DNA from: a virus
Strand: one strand, 5' to 3'
Virus record (IMG/VR): IMGVR_UViG_3300017960_000001
Location: 1-64,000 of that record
DNA: 64,000 nucleotides
In this document: one piece after another, positions 9,063 through 18,006 of the stretch
How the letters are laid out: the number at the start of each line of letters is the position of its first letter
Position numbering within the stretch: position 1 is the stretch's first letter
Notes under the pieces: generated by a model
Told to the model about the DNA's origin: nothing
Seen by the model: the letters and a program-made list of their open reading frames with translations, nothing else
Databases searched by the model: none
Program-made: the position numbers and the translations under genes

Positions 9063-9103
9063 CTCGCGCCGTCCTCTCTCCCCCGCGCCAAGCCCGGCCT
9101 AAA

Positions 9104-9206
9104 GAAAAAACGACAGCCACTCGCTTATTTTTGTTGACACGACCGGCGAGGCATGCAATACTGAGGCATGATGAACGGACACAACAACACAACGGAGGAC
9201 ACAATG
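9104..9206 (+). promoter_or_regulatory. Conserved promoter/leader module, copy 5
   Basis: TTGACA 9134, 17 nt, AATACT 9157, ATGATGAAC 9168, GGAGG, ATG 9204. Confidence 0.8.
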
Positions 9207-9911
9207 ACCGACGCCAATAGCAACACCAACGCCGCCGACAACAAGCTGGTAACCGCGGAACTGTACCGCTACGGATGGGGACGCAACAACATCGCCGACG
9301 AGCACCGCGACGCCGAGAAAAAGCGGAAGGCCGCCGTCGACACCATGCGGAAGCTGGCGAAGGCGGCCGACCTGCTCAAGACCATCGGCCACGACATCGA
9401 CGACGACCCCACGCCCGACGGCATGGACCACAACGAGTCGATGAAGGTTGCCCGGGCGATCGACAACCTCCGCTCCACGTTGGGCGACATGGAGAACCGT
9501 TGCGCCGGCACCGCCCCGGTCGTGGTGAAGCGCATCGACCGGAAGGTCCGTTGCCGGGTGTGGCGGAAGCGGGGCACCTACGGACGCGGCGCCGAAATCA
9601 AGGCCGCCGTGCTCGCCATCGTCGGCGACCGCGCTCTGGTCAGCTGGAACGAGTCCAACAAGCACGGCAAGGCGGACCGCTACTTCGTAGAGGTTCCGGC
9701 GCTCTACGACGTGTCCTCCTACGACGCCGACGACGCCAAATATGAGTTGTCCGTGTCCGTCACCGACAAGGATTGCGCCGCGTGGATCGAAACCGAATGG
9801 ACCTACCGCGCCAAGTCCACCCGCCGCCTCCCCGACGTGTGGCTGCACGCCGTCCCGACCCGGACCAAGAAATCGATCGCCGACCTCCGCGCCGCGTCCG
9901 ACAACAACTAG
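9168..9911 (+). CDS. Hypothetical protein (alternative start 9204)
   Basis: Follows module 5. Confidence 0.75.
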   Translation: MMNGHNNTTEDTMTDANSNTNAADNKLVTAELYRYGWGRNNIADEHRDAEKKRKAAVDTMRKLAKAADLLKTIGHDIDDDPTPDGMDHNESMKVARAIDNLRSTLGDMENRCAGTAPVVVKRIDRKVRCRVWRKRGTYGRGAEIKAAVLAIVGDRALVSWNESNKHGKADRYFVEVPALYDVSSYDADDAKYELSVSVTDKDCAAWIETEWTYRAKSTRRLPDVWLHAVPTRTKKSIADLRAASDNN

Positions 9912-9970
9912 CCCGACGCCGGCGCCCGCCGGCACCGCCCCCCCCCCGACACCGACTAACCGCACAACGT

Positions 9971-9999
9971 TTGACGCGACCGCCCGCCGGCGGTAGGAT
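9971..9999 (+). promoter_or_regulatory. Sigma70-like promoter lacking the conserved module flanks
   Basis: TTGACG, 17 nt, TAGGAT upstream of SD-ATG 10034. Confidence 0.6.
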
Positions 10000-10033
10000 G
10001 GACCAAGAAGCTGACCCCAACGTGGAGGGAACC

Positions 10034-10354
10034 ATGCCGGCAAAGAAGAAGGACGGGCCCGCCGAGGTCTACGTTTCCAAGTTCGCGCTGACCCGCGGGA
10101 TCGAGAAATACAAAGGCGAGGTCACCAACTCAGGCGAGGGTTTCAAGTTCCAACCGGACTGGGCCAACCGCGAGTTGTTCGTGCTCAAACCGGATTGGTC
10201 GACGACGAAGAAGGCCGCGGTCGCCAACGCCGAGGACCTTCGCAAAGAGGCCCTCGCCAATCTCGCCGACCAGCTGAAAAGGGTGGGCGACAACCCGGCC
10301 CGGGTAGAGATGATCAAGGCCAAGCAGAAAGAAATCAAAGGTCTGAAGTTCTAA
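10034..10354 (+). CDS. Hypothetical basic protein
   Basis: GGAGG SD before MPAKKKDG. Confidence 0.7.
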   Translation: MPAKKKDGPAEVYVSKFALTRGIEKYKGEVTNSGEGFKFQPDWANRELFVLKPDWSTTKKAAVANAEDLRKEALANLADQLKRVGDNPARVEMIKAKQKEIKGLKF

Positions 10355-10405
10355 CCGCCCGCCCCCAACCTCTCGGGGCGACGGCATCGCCAGGAAGGGG
10401 ACCCC

Positions 10406-10654
10406 ATGAAGAAGGAAAGCTGCCCGCGTTGCGGCGACGAGCTACGGGTCGAACACGCGGACAACCACCCCGGCGCAGACTACGGCAAGAAGGAATCAGT
10501 CTTTCTGCTCCGGGTCCGGTGCCGCGACCGGTCCCGCGGCCCGTCTCGGTGCTATGGGTACTTCGCCGAGGCGGTCGGTCGTAGCAGGTCGGACGCGGTC
10601 CACCGGCTGCGGCTCGGCCTCGAACGGGAACGCAAGCGGAGGGCTGCGGCGTGA
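10406..10654 (+). CDS. Small Zn-ribbon protein
   Basis: CPRCG...C...C; overlaps next start. Confidence 0.6.
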   Translation: MKKESCPRCGDELRVEHADNHPGADYGKKESVFLLRVRCRDRSRGPSRCYGYFAEAVGRSRSDAVHRLRLGLERERKRRAAA

Positions 10655-11232
10655 CCCCGGCCGACCAACGGATCGCCGACCTGCGCGACGGCATCCGGGC
10701 CGAGGCTGAGGCCCTACGGGATCGGGCGGTGAAGCTCGACGAGGCGGCCGACCACCTCGACGTCGCTCTCACGATCGCGGTCGACGATACGACCGCACAC
10801 TTACCCGAACCGAAACCGAAGCCGGAACCGACGGCCGGGGGCAAGCGAAAGCGTACCAGACGCAGCAAGAGCCCCGCCTCCCGCCGCACCTCTCCCGCGA
10901 CCGAAGCCCCGGGCAAGAAGAAGAAGCCGCAAGGCGGGCACGCTGGCGTCACTCAGCTAGCGATCCTCGCGCACCTCGGCGATTGCGTCGGAGCGTGGAG
11001 GCGGCCGGCTGACATCGGCCGGGCAATCGACCGGCCCGGGGCGCTCGTCGCCGGGGCCCTGCGCCGGATGCACAACCGGGGCGAACCGCGGTTGCAGCTG
11101 CAACGGCTCGGACCCCGGTCTTGCCAGTACCGGCTGGCCCCGGAGGGAGAGGAGTCGGACCCCGACCCGGAGCCGGAGGCGGTGCCCCCCCCATCGGGCG
11201 CCGCCGAAACGAAACCGAGGGCCACGGCCTGA
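10651..11232 (+). CDS. Putative winged-helix DNA-binding protein
   Basis: Coiled-coil N-terminus, basic linker, wHTH-like AILAHL..RPADIGRAI..VAGALRRM..YRL. Confidence 0.5.
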   Translation: MTPADQRIADLRDGIRAEAEALRDRAVKLDEAADHLDVALTIAVDDTTAHLPEPKPKPEPTAGGKRKRTRRSKSPASRRTSPATEAPGKKKKPQGGHAGVTQLAILAHLGDCVGAWRRPADIGRAIDRPGALVAGALRRMHNRGEPRLQLQRLGPRSCQYRLAPEGEESDPDPEPEAVPPPSGAAETKPRATA

Positions 11233-11305
11233 GGACGTCGACCCCGACGGCACCCGCACCACCGACGAACTCCCCAAGCCCGGCCGAACGGGACGACACC
11301 CGGCG

Positions 11306-11626
11306 GTGACGGGGTTCAGTGTGAGCGGGCCGCCAGCTGGCTCTGAGGCGAGGCGGACGCGGGGCCGGGCGCCGACACCCGACGCCGACATCGCGGCGAA
11401 ACTTGAGGATCTGGGACGTACTGTGTTGGACATGAACAAGGGGGCGTGGCACACGGCGGCGAGTCTGCTCGACGGAGCCGAGGCCCGGGGGTTGATCCCG
11501 GCGGGGTTCGCCGACGCATACCACCGCAAGCTCGAGGGGGCACTGGACGCCGCGGCCGACGCGGGTAGAATCGAACGAGAGTCAGATAACGAGGGGCACC
11601 GGATTCTATACCGGGTCCCGGCATAG
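11306..11626 (+). CDS. Hypothetical protein, possible winged helix
   Basis: ORF fills the gap on the coding strand; start uncertain. Confidence 0.45.
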   Translation: MTGFSVSGPPAGSEARRTRGRAPTPDADIAAKLEDLGRTVLDMNKGAWHTAASLLDGAEARGLIPAGFADAYHRKLEGALDAAADAGRIERESDNEGHRILYRVPA

Positions 11627-11635
11627 GAGGACACC

Positions 11636-12433
11636 GTGGCAGCTGGAAGCGGCAAGGCTAAGAGAAGCGGTAGCAAGAAACCTGCGAAGAAGAAGGTGGC
11701 GAAAAAGAAGCCGGCCGGCAAGGCGCCGGCGGCGAAGGGTGACGCCCCGATCCTCGCAGACGAGATCCCGGTGTTCTGCGCTCACGACGAGGTGGTGGCG
11801 ACGTCCTCGCTCGTCCCGAATCCTCGCAACCCGAACACACATCCCGACGTGCAGATCGACCTGCTCTCGAAGGTGATCCTGAATCAAGGCTGGCGGGCGC
11901 CGATCACGGTGTCGACCCGGTCCGGGTTCGTGGTCCGCGGACACGGCCGGCTCGCGGCCGCGATCAGGCTCAACGCCGAGTTGGTACCGATCGATCGGCA
12001 GGACTACGCCGACGAAGCGAGCGAGTGGGCCGACCTCGTCGCCGACAACCGGATCGCCGAGCTTGCCGAGATGGACGCGCCGGCGCTGAAGGATCTGCTC
12101 GTCGAGATGGACACCGGCGCCTTCGACATGGACCTGACCGGGTTCGATGCGACGGCGATGGAGGACCTCATGACCATGACCGAGCCCGGGTTCGGCGAGC
12201 CCTACGGTGGGACGTCGACGGGGCAGGACGGGCAGGGGGTCACGTCGCCGTGGGCCGCGGTCGGATCGCGGGACACCGTCGCGGTGAAGATCGGGCTGGT
12301 CGAGACGTCCCTGCCCGGGGCGTTGGTGAAACAGCTGGGCGACTACATGGAGGGCAAGCGGGCGGACGTCGGGCACCGCTACCACGAAACGCTTGAGAAC
12401 GTGGTGCGCGCCGGGCTGGAGAACGTCGAATGA
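11636..12433 (+). CDS. ParB/Srx-like N-terminal domain protein
   Basis: LVPNPRNPNTH..QI..L..GWRAPI..VRGHGRLAAA..LVADNRIAELA..LTGFD, the ParB-like domain usually fused to phage DNA methylases. Confidence 0.88.
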   Translation: MAAGSGKAKRSGSKKPAKKKVAKKKPAGKAPAAKGDAPILADEIPVFCAHDEVVATSSLVPNPRNPNTHPDVQIDLLSKVILNQGWRAPITVSTRSGFVVRGHGRLAAAIRLNAELVPIDRQDYADEASEWADLVADNRIAELAEMDAPALKDLLVEMDTGAFDMDLTGFDATAMEDLMTMTEPGFGEPYGGTSTGQDGQGVTSPWAAVGSRDTVAVKIGLVETSLPGALVKQLGDYMEGKRADVGHRYHETLENVVRAGLENVE

Positions 12434-13731
12434 AGATCGGAATCGTCGACACGAACTACCCGAAACAAGAGCACCAAGGGCTCGCGGCTACGTGGCTCAG
12501 GTGGGAACTCGATCAGGCGGTGGCCCGCGGCGCCGCCGTCGAGCTGGTCGAGCCGCAGGGCGCCGAAGTCCTGCTCCTCACGACGTCGTCACCCGAGGGG
12601 GTGGCGATGGTGCGGCGCGCGATCAAGGAACACTGGAACGAGACTGCGGTCCGTATCCTCGGCGGTGGCGGGTGCACGTCGCCGCCGGTGTTCGACGATC
12701 TGGTCGAGGCGATCTGCGTCGGCGAGGGTGCACACTTTGTCCGTACACTTTTCAACGACGGACTCGACGCCGCACTAGCTCTCCCCGAGACGTGGATCCC
12801 GGGCGACGATCGGAGGGTCGTCCCCAACCTTGACTTCCCTTGGGAACTGCCTCCGCTACGCCACCCCGACGGGACGATCCGGGTGTTCGGATCGCGGGGC
12901 TGCAAGAATCGCTGCTTGTTCTGTCAGACCGGGTGGGCCAGCACCTACCGGGTCAACCCCCGGCCGAAGATCCTGCAAGCTCAGGTCGACAAGCTGCACC
13001 GGGACGGACACCGGATCGCGGTGATCACGAACGACGGCGCCGAGGCGGGCGTGCACCTCGAGGGCCAGCAGTCTTTCGTGTCCGCGATGTTCACGCACCT
13101 CAAACGCATGATGCCGATCTCTCGGAAGCGTTTCCGGTCGGTGCGGATCGGAGTCGAGGGGGTGTCCGAGCGGATCCGGCGGGCGGTACACAAGCCGGTC
13201 GGCAACGAGGAACTCCTCCGCATGACCTGGGACTTGCTCGTCGCCGGTGTCGGTGTGCGGTGGTTCTTTGTCACCGGCCTACCCGCCGAGACTCTCGACG
13301 ACTACCTCGAATTGCAGCACGTCCTACACCAACTGCGGAAACTTCCGAAGGGCGTGGTCATGATGAACTTCCACGCCTATATTCCTTGCCCCGCCACCCC
13401 GCTCTGCATTCCCCCGCTCGACGACACCTATTTCGAGAGGTATGACGAGCTGATCAAGGATTGGTTTTTCTCCGGGCCGGGGTTCACCCGGCACGTTCAG
13501 CTGGTCGGGCCGGCTAAGTACCCGACACGCTTGAAGAAAGCACGCGAGTCCATGGCGGCGAGCGCGGCCGAACTCCGGCGCGGGTGGTGGAACCACGATC
13601 CGAAGTCGTGGCGGATCGAATTCCCGGGCCACCCGGACAATCTCCGCAGGCTGGCTGCTCGCTACCTCAAACGGATGGGGGCCCCGTACCCGCCCGGGAT
13701 CTTGAAGGATGCCAGCGACGGCGACGAATAG
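12430..13731 (+). CDS. B12-binding-domain radical SAM enzyme
   Basis: SRGCKNRCLFC (CxxxCxxC); N-terminal Rossmann-like ILGGGGCTSP..ICVGEG; GVEGVSERIR, GLPAET and PCPATPL core motifs. Confidence 0.88.
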   Translation: MKIGIVDTNYPKQEHQGLAATWLRWELDQAVARGAAVELVEPQGAEVLLLTTSSPEGVAMVRRAIKEHWNETAVRILGGGGCTSPPVFDDLVEAICVGEGAHFVRTLFNDGLDAALALPETWIPGDDRRVVPNLDFPWELPPLRHPDGTIRVFGSRGCKNRCLFCQTGWASTYRVNPRPKILQAQVDKLHRDGHRIAVITNDGAEAGVHLEGQQSFVSAMFTHLKRMMPISRKRFRSVRIGVEGVSERIRRAVHKPVGNEELLRMTWDLLVAGVGVRWFFVTGLPAETLDDYLELQHVLHQLRKLPKGVVMMNFHAYIPCPATPLCIPPLDDTYFERYDELIKDWFFSGPGFTRHVQLVGPAKYPTRLKKARESMAASAAELRRGWWNHDPKSWRIEFPGHPDNLRRLAARYLKRMGAPYPPGILKDASDGDE

Positions 13732-15277
13732 CTCGAGCGGGGCGACGCACCCCGACTACCGGGAACCCGTGCGGCATCTGCCGCAGGTCGACCCGCACCG
13801 CTACATCGTGTCCGAATCGCCGCGGCACCGAGCCCGGCGGGTCAGCCTGTACCGTTCGCTCTGTATCCGGCGGGCGCGGGAGGATTTCGCGGCGTTCTGC
13901 GAGTACGCGATGCGCGACCGCAAATCTGGCGAGCCGTTCGAGATCCAGTGGTTCCACCAAGAGTGGATCGACGCCCTCGGCGACCCCGACCACCCGCAAA
14001 CTCTGATCGTCGCTCCGCGGTCGCACGGCAAGACCGAGCTTGCGGTGGTGGCGCGGGTGGTCTGGGAGTTGGGACGCAACCCGAACCTGATAATCAAGAT
14101 CGTGTGCGAGGACGACAGCCTCTCGCACAAAAGATTAAAGGCGATCCGGCGCCACATCGAGCACAATCCGAAAGTCAAAGAGGTTTTCCCGAACCTCCGG
14201 CCGGACCGGACAGAGGCGTGGGCCTCGACGCAGCTGTTCGTCGAGCGGGAGATCATCGACAAGGATCCGTCGGTCGAGGCGAAGGGGATCTTCTCCGGGT
14301 CGACCGGCTCGCGGTGCGACCTACTGATCGCCGACGACGTGTGCGGAAAACGGAACGCGCTGCTCGTCCCGTCCAACCGGGCGAAGGTGAAGCTCAGCTT
14401 CTACGAGGATTGGCTCAACCTCTGCGATCCCGATTCCCGGGTGTGGTACATCTGCACCCTCTGGCACAAGGACGACCTGTCCCACGAACTGATGAAGTCC
14501 TCGGAGTGGAACGTCCTATTCTACGCCGTCGGCAAGAACTACGAATCGATCTGGCCGGACCGGTGGCCGGCGTGGGCCCTGCGTGCCCGGGCGGCGACCA
14601 TCGGATCGACTGCCTTCGCTCGCGGGTACCACAACGTATGCCGCGCCGACGAGGATCTAATCGTCCGCGAGGAGTGGCTCAGGTACATCGACCTCGAGGT
14701 GCTACCGCCGGCGCAGGAGTTGGTGTTCTTCACCAGCTACGACACCGCGAAATCGACACAACCCGGCGCCGACTACACGGCCGAGGTGGTGGTCGCTGTC
14801 CACGAACCGACCGAGCGGATCTACGTGGTCGACGCCCGGCACGGGAGAGTCTCGCGGGCCGAACAGTCAGAGTGGGTGTGGCGATCGTTCGGTAGGTTCA
14901 AGCCGTTCAAGATTCTGATCGAGGACATCGGCGCCGACCTCGCGGCGTGGGTCGAGCACGACCACCCGAAGCTCATAGGCAAGGTCGAGGCGATCAAACC
15001 GACCATCGGCAAGGAACACCGGCTGCTCGCGGTGACCCCTTTCCTCGAACGCGGCGAGGTGTTTTTCTCGTCGCGGCTCAACCCCGACGATCCAAGGTTC
15101 CGCGCCGGCCGCGGCTCTCTGATCGGAGAGCTGCTCGACTTCCCGGTCGGCGAGCATGACGACTTGGTCGACGCTTTCTCACAGGCTCTCGACGGCGCCC
15201 GGTTCTACTTGCTTGACCATTGGACCGGGCGGAATGCTACACTGGCTGCGTCGATCACCAACCTCGGCGAGGAGTAA
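13709..15277 (+). CDS. terL: Terminase large subunit
   Basis: Walker A APRSHGKT, Walker B LLIADD, nuclease SYDTA..DYTA and FP.GEHDDLVDA. Confidence 0.95.
   Translation: MPATATNSSSGATHPDYREPVRHLPQVDPHRYIVSESPRHRARRVSLYRSLCIRRAREDFAAFCEYAMRDRKSGEPFEIQWFHQEWIDALGDPDHPQTLIVAPRSHGKTELAVVARVVWELGRNPNLIIKIVCEDDSLSHKRLKAIRRHIEHNPKVKEVFPNLRPDRTEAWASTQLFVEREIIDKDPSVEAKGIFSGSTGSRCDLLIADDVCGKRNALLVPSNRAKVKLSFYEDWLNLCDPDSRVWYICTLWHKDDLSHELMKSSEWNVLFYAVGKNYESIWPDRWPAWALRARAATIGSTAFARGYHNVCRADEDLIVREEWLRYIDLEVLPPAQELVFFTSYDTAKSTQPGADYTAEVVVAVHEPTERIYVVDARHGRVSRAEQSEWVWRSFGRFKPFKILIEDIGADLAAWVEHDHPKLIGKVEAIKPTIGKEHRLLAVTPFLERGEVFFSSRLNPDDPRFRAGRGSLIGELLDFPVGEHDDLVDAFSQALDGARFYLLDHWTGRNATLAASITNLGEE
15213..15243 (+). 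promoter_or_regulatory. Possible extended -10 promoter for the portal operon
   Basis: TTGACC, 19 nt, TACACT preceded by TGn, inside the terL 3' end. Confidence 0.3.
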
Positions 15278-15280
15278 TCC

Positions 15281-17212
15281 ATGACCCGATCGCACAACGA
15301 CGAACCGGCGGCCGACGAGGCCCTCGACGAACTGCACAAAACCGAGGACGAGCGGGTCCTCGATCTGCTTGCGAAGGTGGACGTCGCCGGCGGTGATTCC
15401 CCCGATACGCTCACCGCCCTACGGACGATCCGGCGCCACTATGAGGTGTGGGAACAGGCGAAAGCTGAGAAGCCCCCCTACGACCCGGGCACCTTGTTGA
15501 AGCTCACCGAGGCGTCGAGCTTGCTCCGGCAGTGTTTCGACGCGATGGTGATGGGAGTCTGGGGCCACGGTTACCAAATCGTTCCGGTGATCGACACCAC
15601 CGACGAGGACATCGACGCGCAGATCGAGCGGGCGATCATCCTCGAACGTGAGGCCGAGGCCGCCGACGAGGCCGACGCCCTGCGCGATAGCGGCGAGGCC
15701 GACGAAGCAGAGAGTGCGGCGGCCGACGTGGACTACACCGTCACCGAGACAGAGATCAAGGAACGCCGCGACCAGCTGGAACGCCAGATCGCATCGCAAA
15801 CGTTCAAGGCTCAGCAATGGTTCAAGGAAGCTTCGGTCGATCAATCGTTCCTCGAGCTGTGTCAATGGATGGGGTGGGACCGCGAGGCGATCGGACACGG
15901 TGCCTGGGAGTTCGCCCGGGATTCTCGCGGTCGGTTGCGGGTGGTCGGGTACGTGCCCGGGCACACGGTCTACCCGTTGGCCGACGCGAGCCACTACGTC
16001 GACGTCGAGGGACAGCAGAGAGTCTCTCCGATCAAGTCCCGGCCCTACACCTACCGCCGCAAGTTCAGCCGCTACGTTCAGGTGATTGGCACCCGCAAGC
16101 TCTACTTCAAGGAGTTGGGCGATCCGCGGATCGTGTCGGGGCAAACCGGCAAGGTATACGCGGACGTCCTGACCCCGAAGGGCAAGGTCAAGATCACCGC
16201 CGAGGAACTGTTCCAGAAGAAGGAACCGGAGGCGCCGCGGGCGAACGAGATGATCTACTTCCCGATCCACTCTCCGCGATCGACCGCGGGGATCCCTCGG
16301 TACGTCGGCAACCTGCCGAACATCCTCGGCCAACGCGCCGCGGAGGAAACAACCTGGCTCTACTTCGATAACAAGTCGGTGCCGGTCGGGGCGTGGGTTA
16401 TCCTCGGCGGGACGTTGCACGACAACGTGAAGAAGCAGATCCGCGACGTCACCCGCGACCAGCTGAAAGGGGTGAAGGGATTCCACCGCGCGATGATTAT
16501 CGAGGTGGCCGCGCCCCCGACCCGCGGCGGTTCTGGCTCGGCCGAGAAGCCCGAGGTGAAGTGGATCGACCTCATGGGGGCGAACCGGTCCGAGGCGGGC
16601 TGGATCAAGTACGGCAAGGACAACCGGGACAAGGTCGGCGCGTCGTTCAGGCTCCCGCCGTTGCTACGGGGAGAGGCGCCGCAGGATCTGACCCGGGCGA
16701 ATAGCTACGCCTCGATGGAGATGGCGGACACGCAGGTTTTCTCTGCCGAGCGTATGGCGTTCGATTGGACCATGACCCGGCGCGTGCTGGCCGACCTCGG
16801 CTGCGACCTCGTCGAGTTCAAGCTGAACAGCCCGGTCACCACCGACCCGGAGGTCCAAGCGAAAGCAACCGACGTGTTCGCCAAGCACGGCGGCATGCTA
16901 CCGAACGACGTCAGGAAGATCGCCGCCCGGACTCTCAACCTCGAACTGGACAGCGTCGACGCCGATTGGGCGACGGTGCCTCTGTCCATGGCGCTGGCCG
17001 GGTTCGCCGCGCCGGCCGATGGCGAGCCGCAGGACCCGGACGAAACCACGGTGAAGCTCGCGTGGATCGAGGACATCCTCGGCGACCTGCTCGAACAACG
17101 CGGGTTGCAGGTGGTGGCCGTCGAATCGGTCGAGTCCCAGCCCGAGCAGGTCGACGGCGTGACCCTGCCCCACGACGCACCGATCAACGGCGACGAGCGA
17201 GACGAGGACTAG
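15281..17212 (+). CDS. Portal protein (PBSX/HK97-like)
   Basis: Follows terL; IGHGAWEFARD, ANEMIYF, GIPRY, YFDNKSVP and FRLPPLLRG motifs. Confidence 0.9.
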   Translation: MTRSHNDEPAADEALDELHKTEDERVLDLLAKVDVAGGDSPDTLTALRTIRRHYEVWEQAKAEKPPYDPGTLLKLTEASSLLRQCFDAMVMGVWGHGYQIVPVIDTTDEDIDAQIERAIILEREAEAADEADALRDSGEADEAESAAADVDYTVTETEIKERRDQLERQIASQTFKAQQWFKEASVDQSFLELCQWMGWDREAIGHGAWEFARDSRGRLRVVGYVPGHTVYPLADASHYVDVEGQQRVSPIKSRPYTYRRKFSRYVQVIGTRKLYFKELGDPRIVSGQTGKVYADVLTPKGKVKITAEELFQKKEPEAPRANEMIYFPIHSPRSTAGIPRYVGNLPNILGQRAAEETTWLYFDNKSVPVGAWVILGGTLHDNVKKQIRDVTRDQLKGVKGFHRAMIIEVAAPPTRGGSGSAEKPEVKWIDLMGANRSEAGWIKYGKDNRDKVGASFRLPPLLRGEAPQDLTRANSYASMEMADTQVFSAERMAFDWTMTRRVLADLGCDLVEFKLNSPVTTDPEVQAKATDVFAKHGGMLPNDVRKIAARTLNLELDSVDADWATVPLSMALAGFAAPADGEPQDPDETTVKLAWIEDILGDLLEQRGLQVVAVESVESQPEQVDGVTLPHDAPINGDERDED

Positions 17213-17217
17213 CACAG

Positions 17218-17613
17218 ATGTCATGGTATGAGGGGCCGTTCGAGCTTGTGCCCGGCGACCATCGCCGGCGCCGACCGCGACGCGGAGAGATATTCCAACA
17301 CCACCGACGGACCAACGGCCCAAACGGGCCGGGGTTGGTACCTACCGAGCACTACAGGATGAGGTGTCCGGTGTGCGGGGTGACGAGCTTGGTGACCGGC
17401 AAGCTGACCGGCCCACCGGAGTCTCCCTCGTTCACTGAGCCGGTCGCCTGCGGCTGCAAAGCTCGGTGCGGTGTGCGGTTCCGAATCACCCGCGGCAAGG
17501 CAGAGCGAGCCGATGGGGGCGGGCTGACACCGGTTGACATCCCGGCCGCCCTGCGCGATCGCGGGGTGCGCCCGCCGCCGGCCGTCGGTATACCCGAGGA
17601 CGACGACGAATGA
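17218..17613 (+). CDS. Cys-rich Zn-binding protein
   Basis: CPVCG...PSF...CGCKARC..F.ITRG. Confidence 0.55.
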   Translation: MSWYEGPFELVPGDHRRRRPRRGEIFQHHRRTNGPNGPGLVPTEHYRMRCPVCGVTSLVTGKLTGPPESPSFTEPVACGCKARCGVRFRITRGKAERADGGGLTPVDIPAALRDRGVRPPPAVGIPEDDDE

Positions 17614-17846
17614 GGAACCTTTGGAAAGAACTTGCCCCCGCCCTGCTGTTCATGTTTCTGGCGTTGGGGGTGCTATCGATCGCGGGCGGTTGGTGCGCGG
17701 CGTGCACAACGCAGCTTGAAGATCACGTCCGGGCTCGGTACCCGGACTGTCAGGTTGAGGTGGTGAACGAAACCGGCGACACGCTCGAGGTGTTGCTGCA
17801 TTGCCCGGGGAGCAATCCGACCCGGCGGACATTCACACGACAATGA
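17610..17846 (+). CDS. Small membrane-anchored protein
   Basis: N-terminal hydrophobic segment; ATGA overlaps at both ends. Confidence 0.6.
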   Translation: MRNLWKELAPALLFMFLALGVLSIAGGWCAACTTQLEDHVRARYPDCQVEVVNETGDTLEVLLHCPGSNPTRRTFTRQ

Positions 17847-18004
17847 GCAAGCGCGACGACGAGAAACGCGGCCGGCGCCGCGGCAAACCAAAGCCCCGCC
17901 CCCCCCGGACCCTCGGGACGCTCGGTGATCTACCGGCGTTCGACTCTCTGAAGGGCCTACGCAAGACGCTGCCCGACCGGCCGCCGACGACCGACAAGGG
18001 TTAG
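17843..18004 (+). CDS. Small basic protein
   Basis: ATGA overlap with upstream gene; ends just before MuF. Confidence 0.45.
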   Translation: MSKRDDEKRGRRRGKPKPRPPRTLGTLGDLPAFDSLKGLRKTLPDRPPTTDKG

Positions 18005-18006
18005 CC

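Noticed and set aside
1760-9206. Repeated modules as a CRISPR array or integron attC sites
   Set aside because: Spacing is 0.6-3 kb and irregular, copies are degenerate and promoter-shaped, and no cas or integrase gene is in the window
9938-9947. Poly-C run as a phase-variation switch
   Set aside because: Intergenic and upstream of the -35, so a length change would not alter frame or promoter spacing
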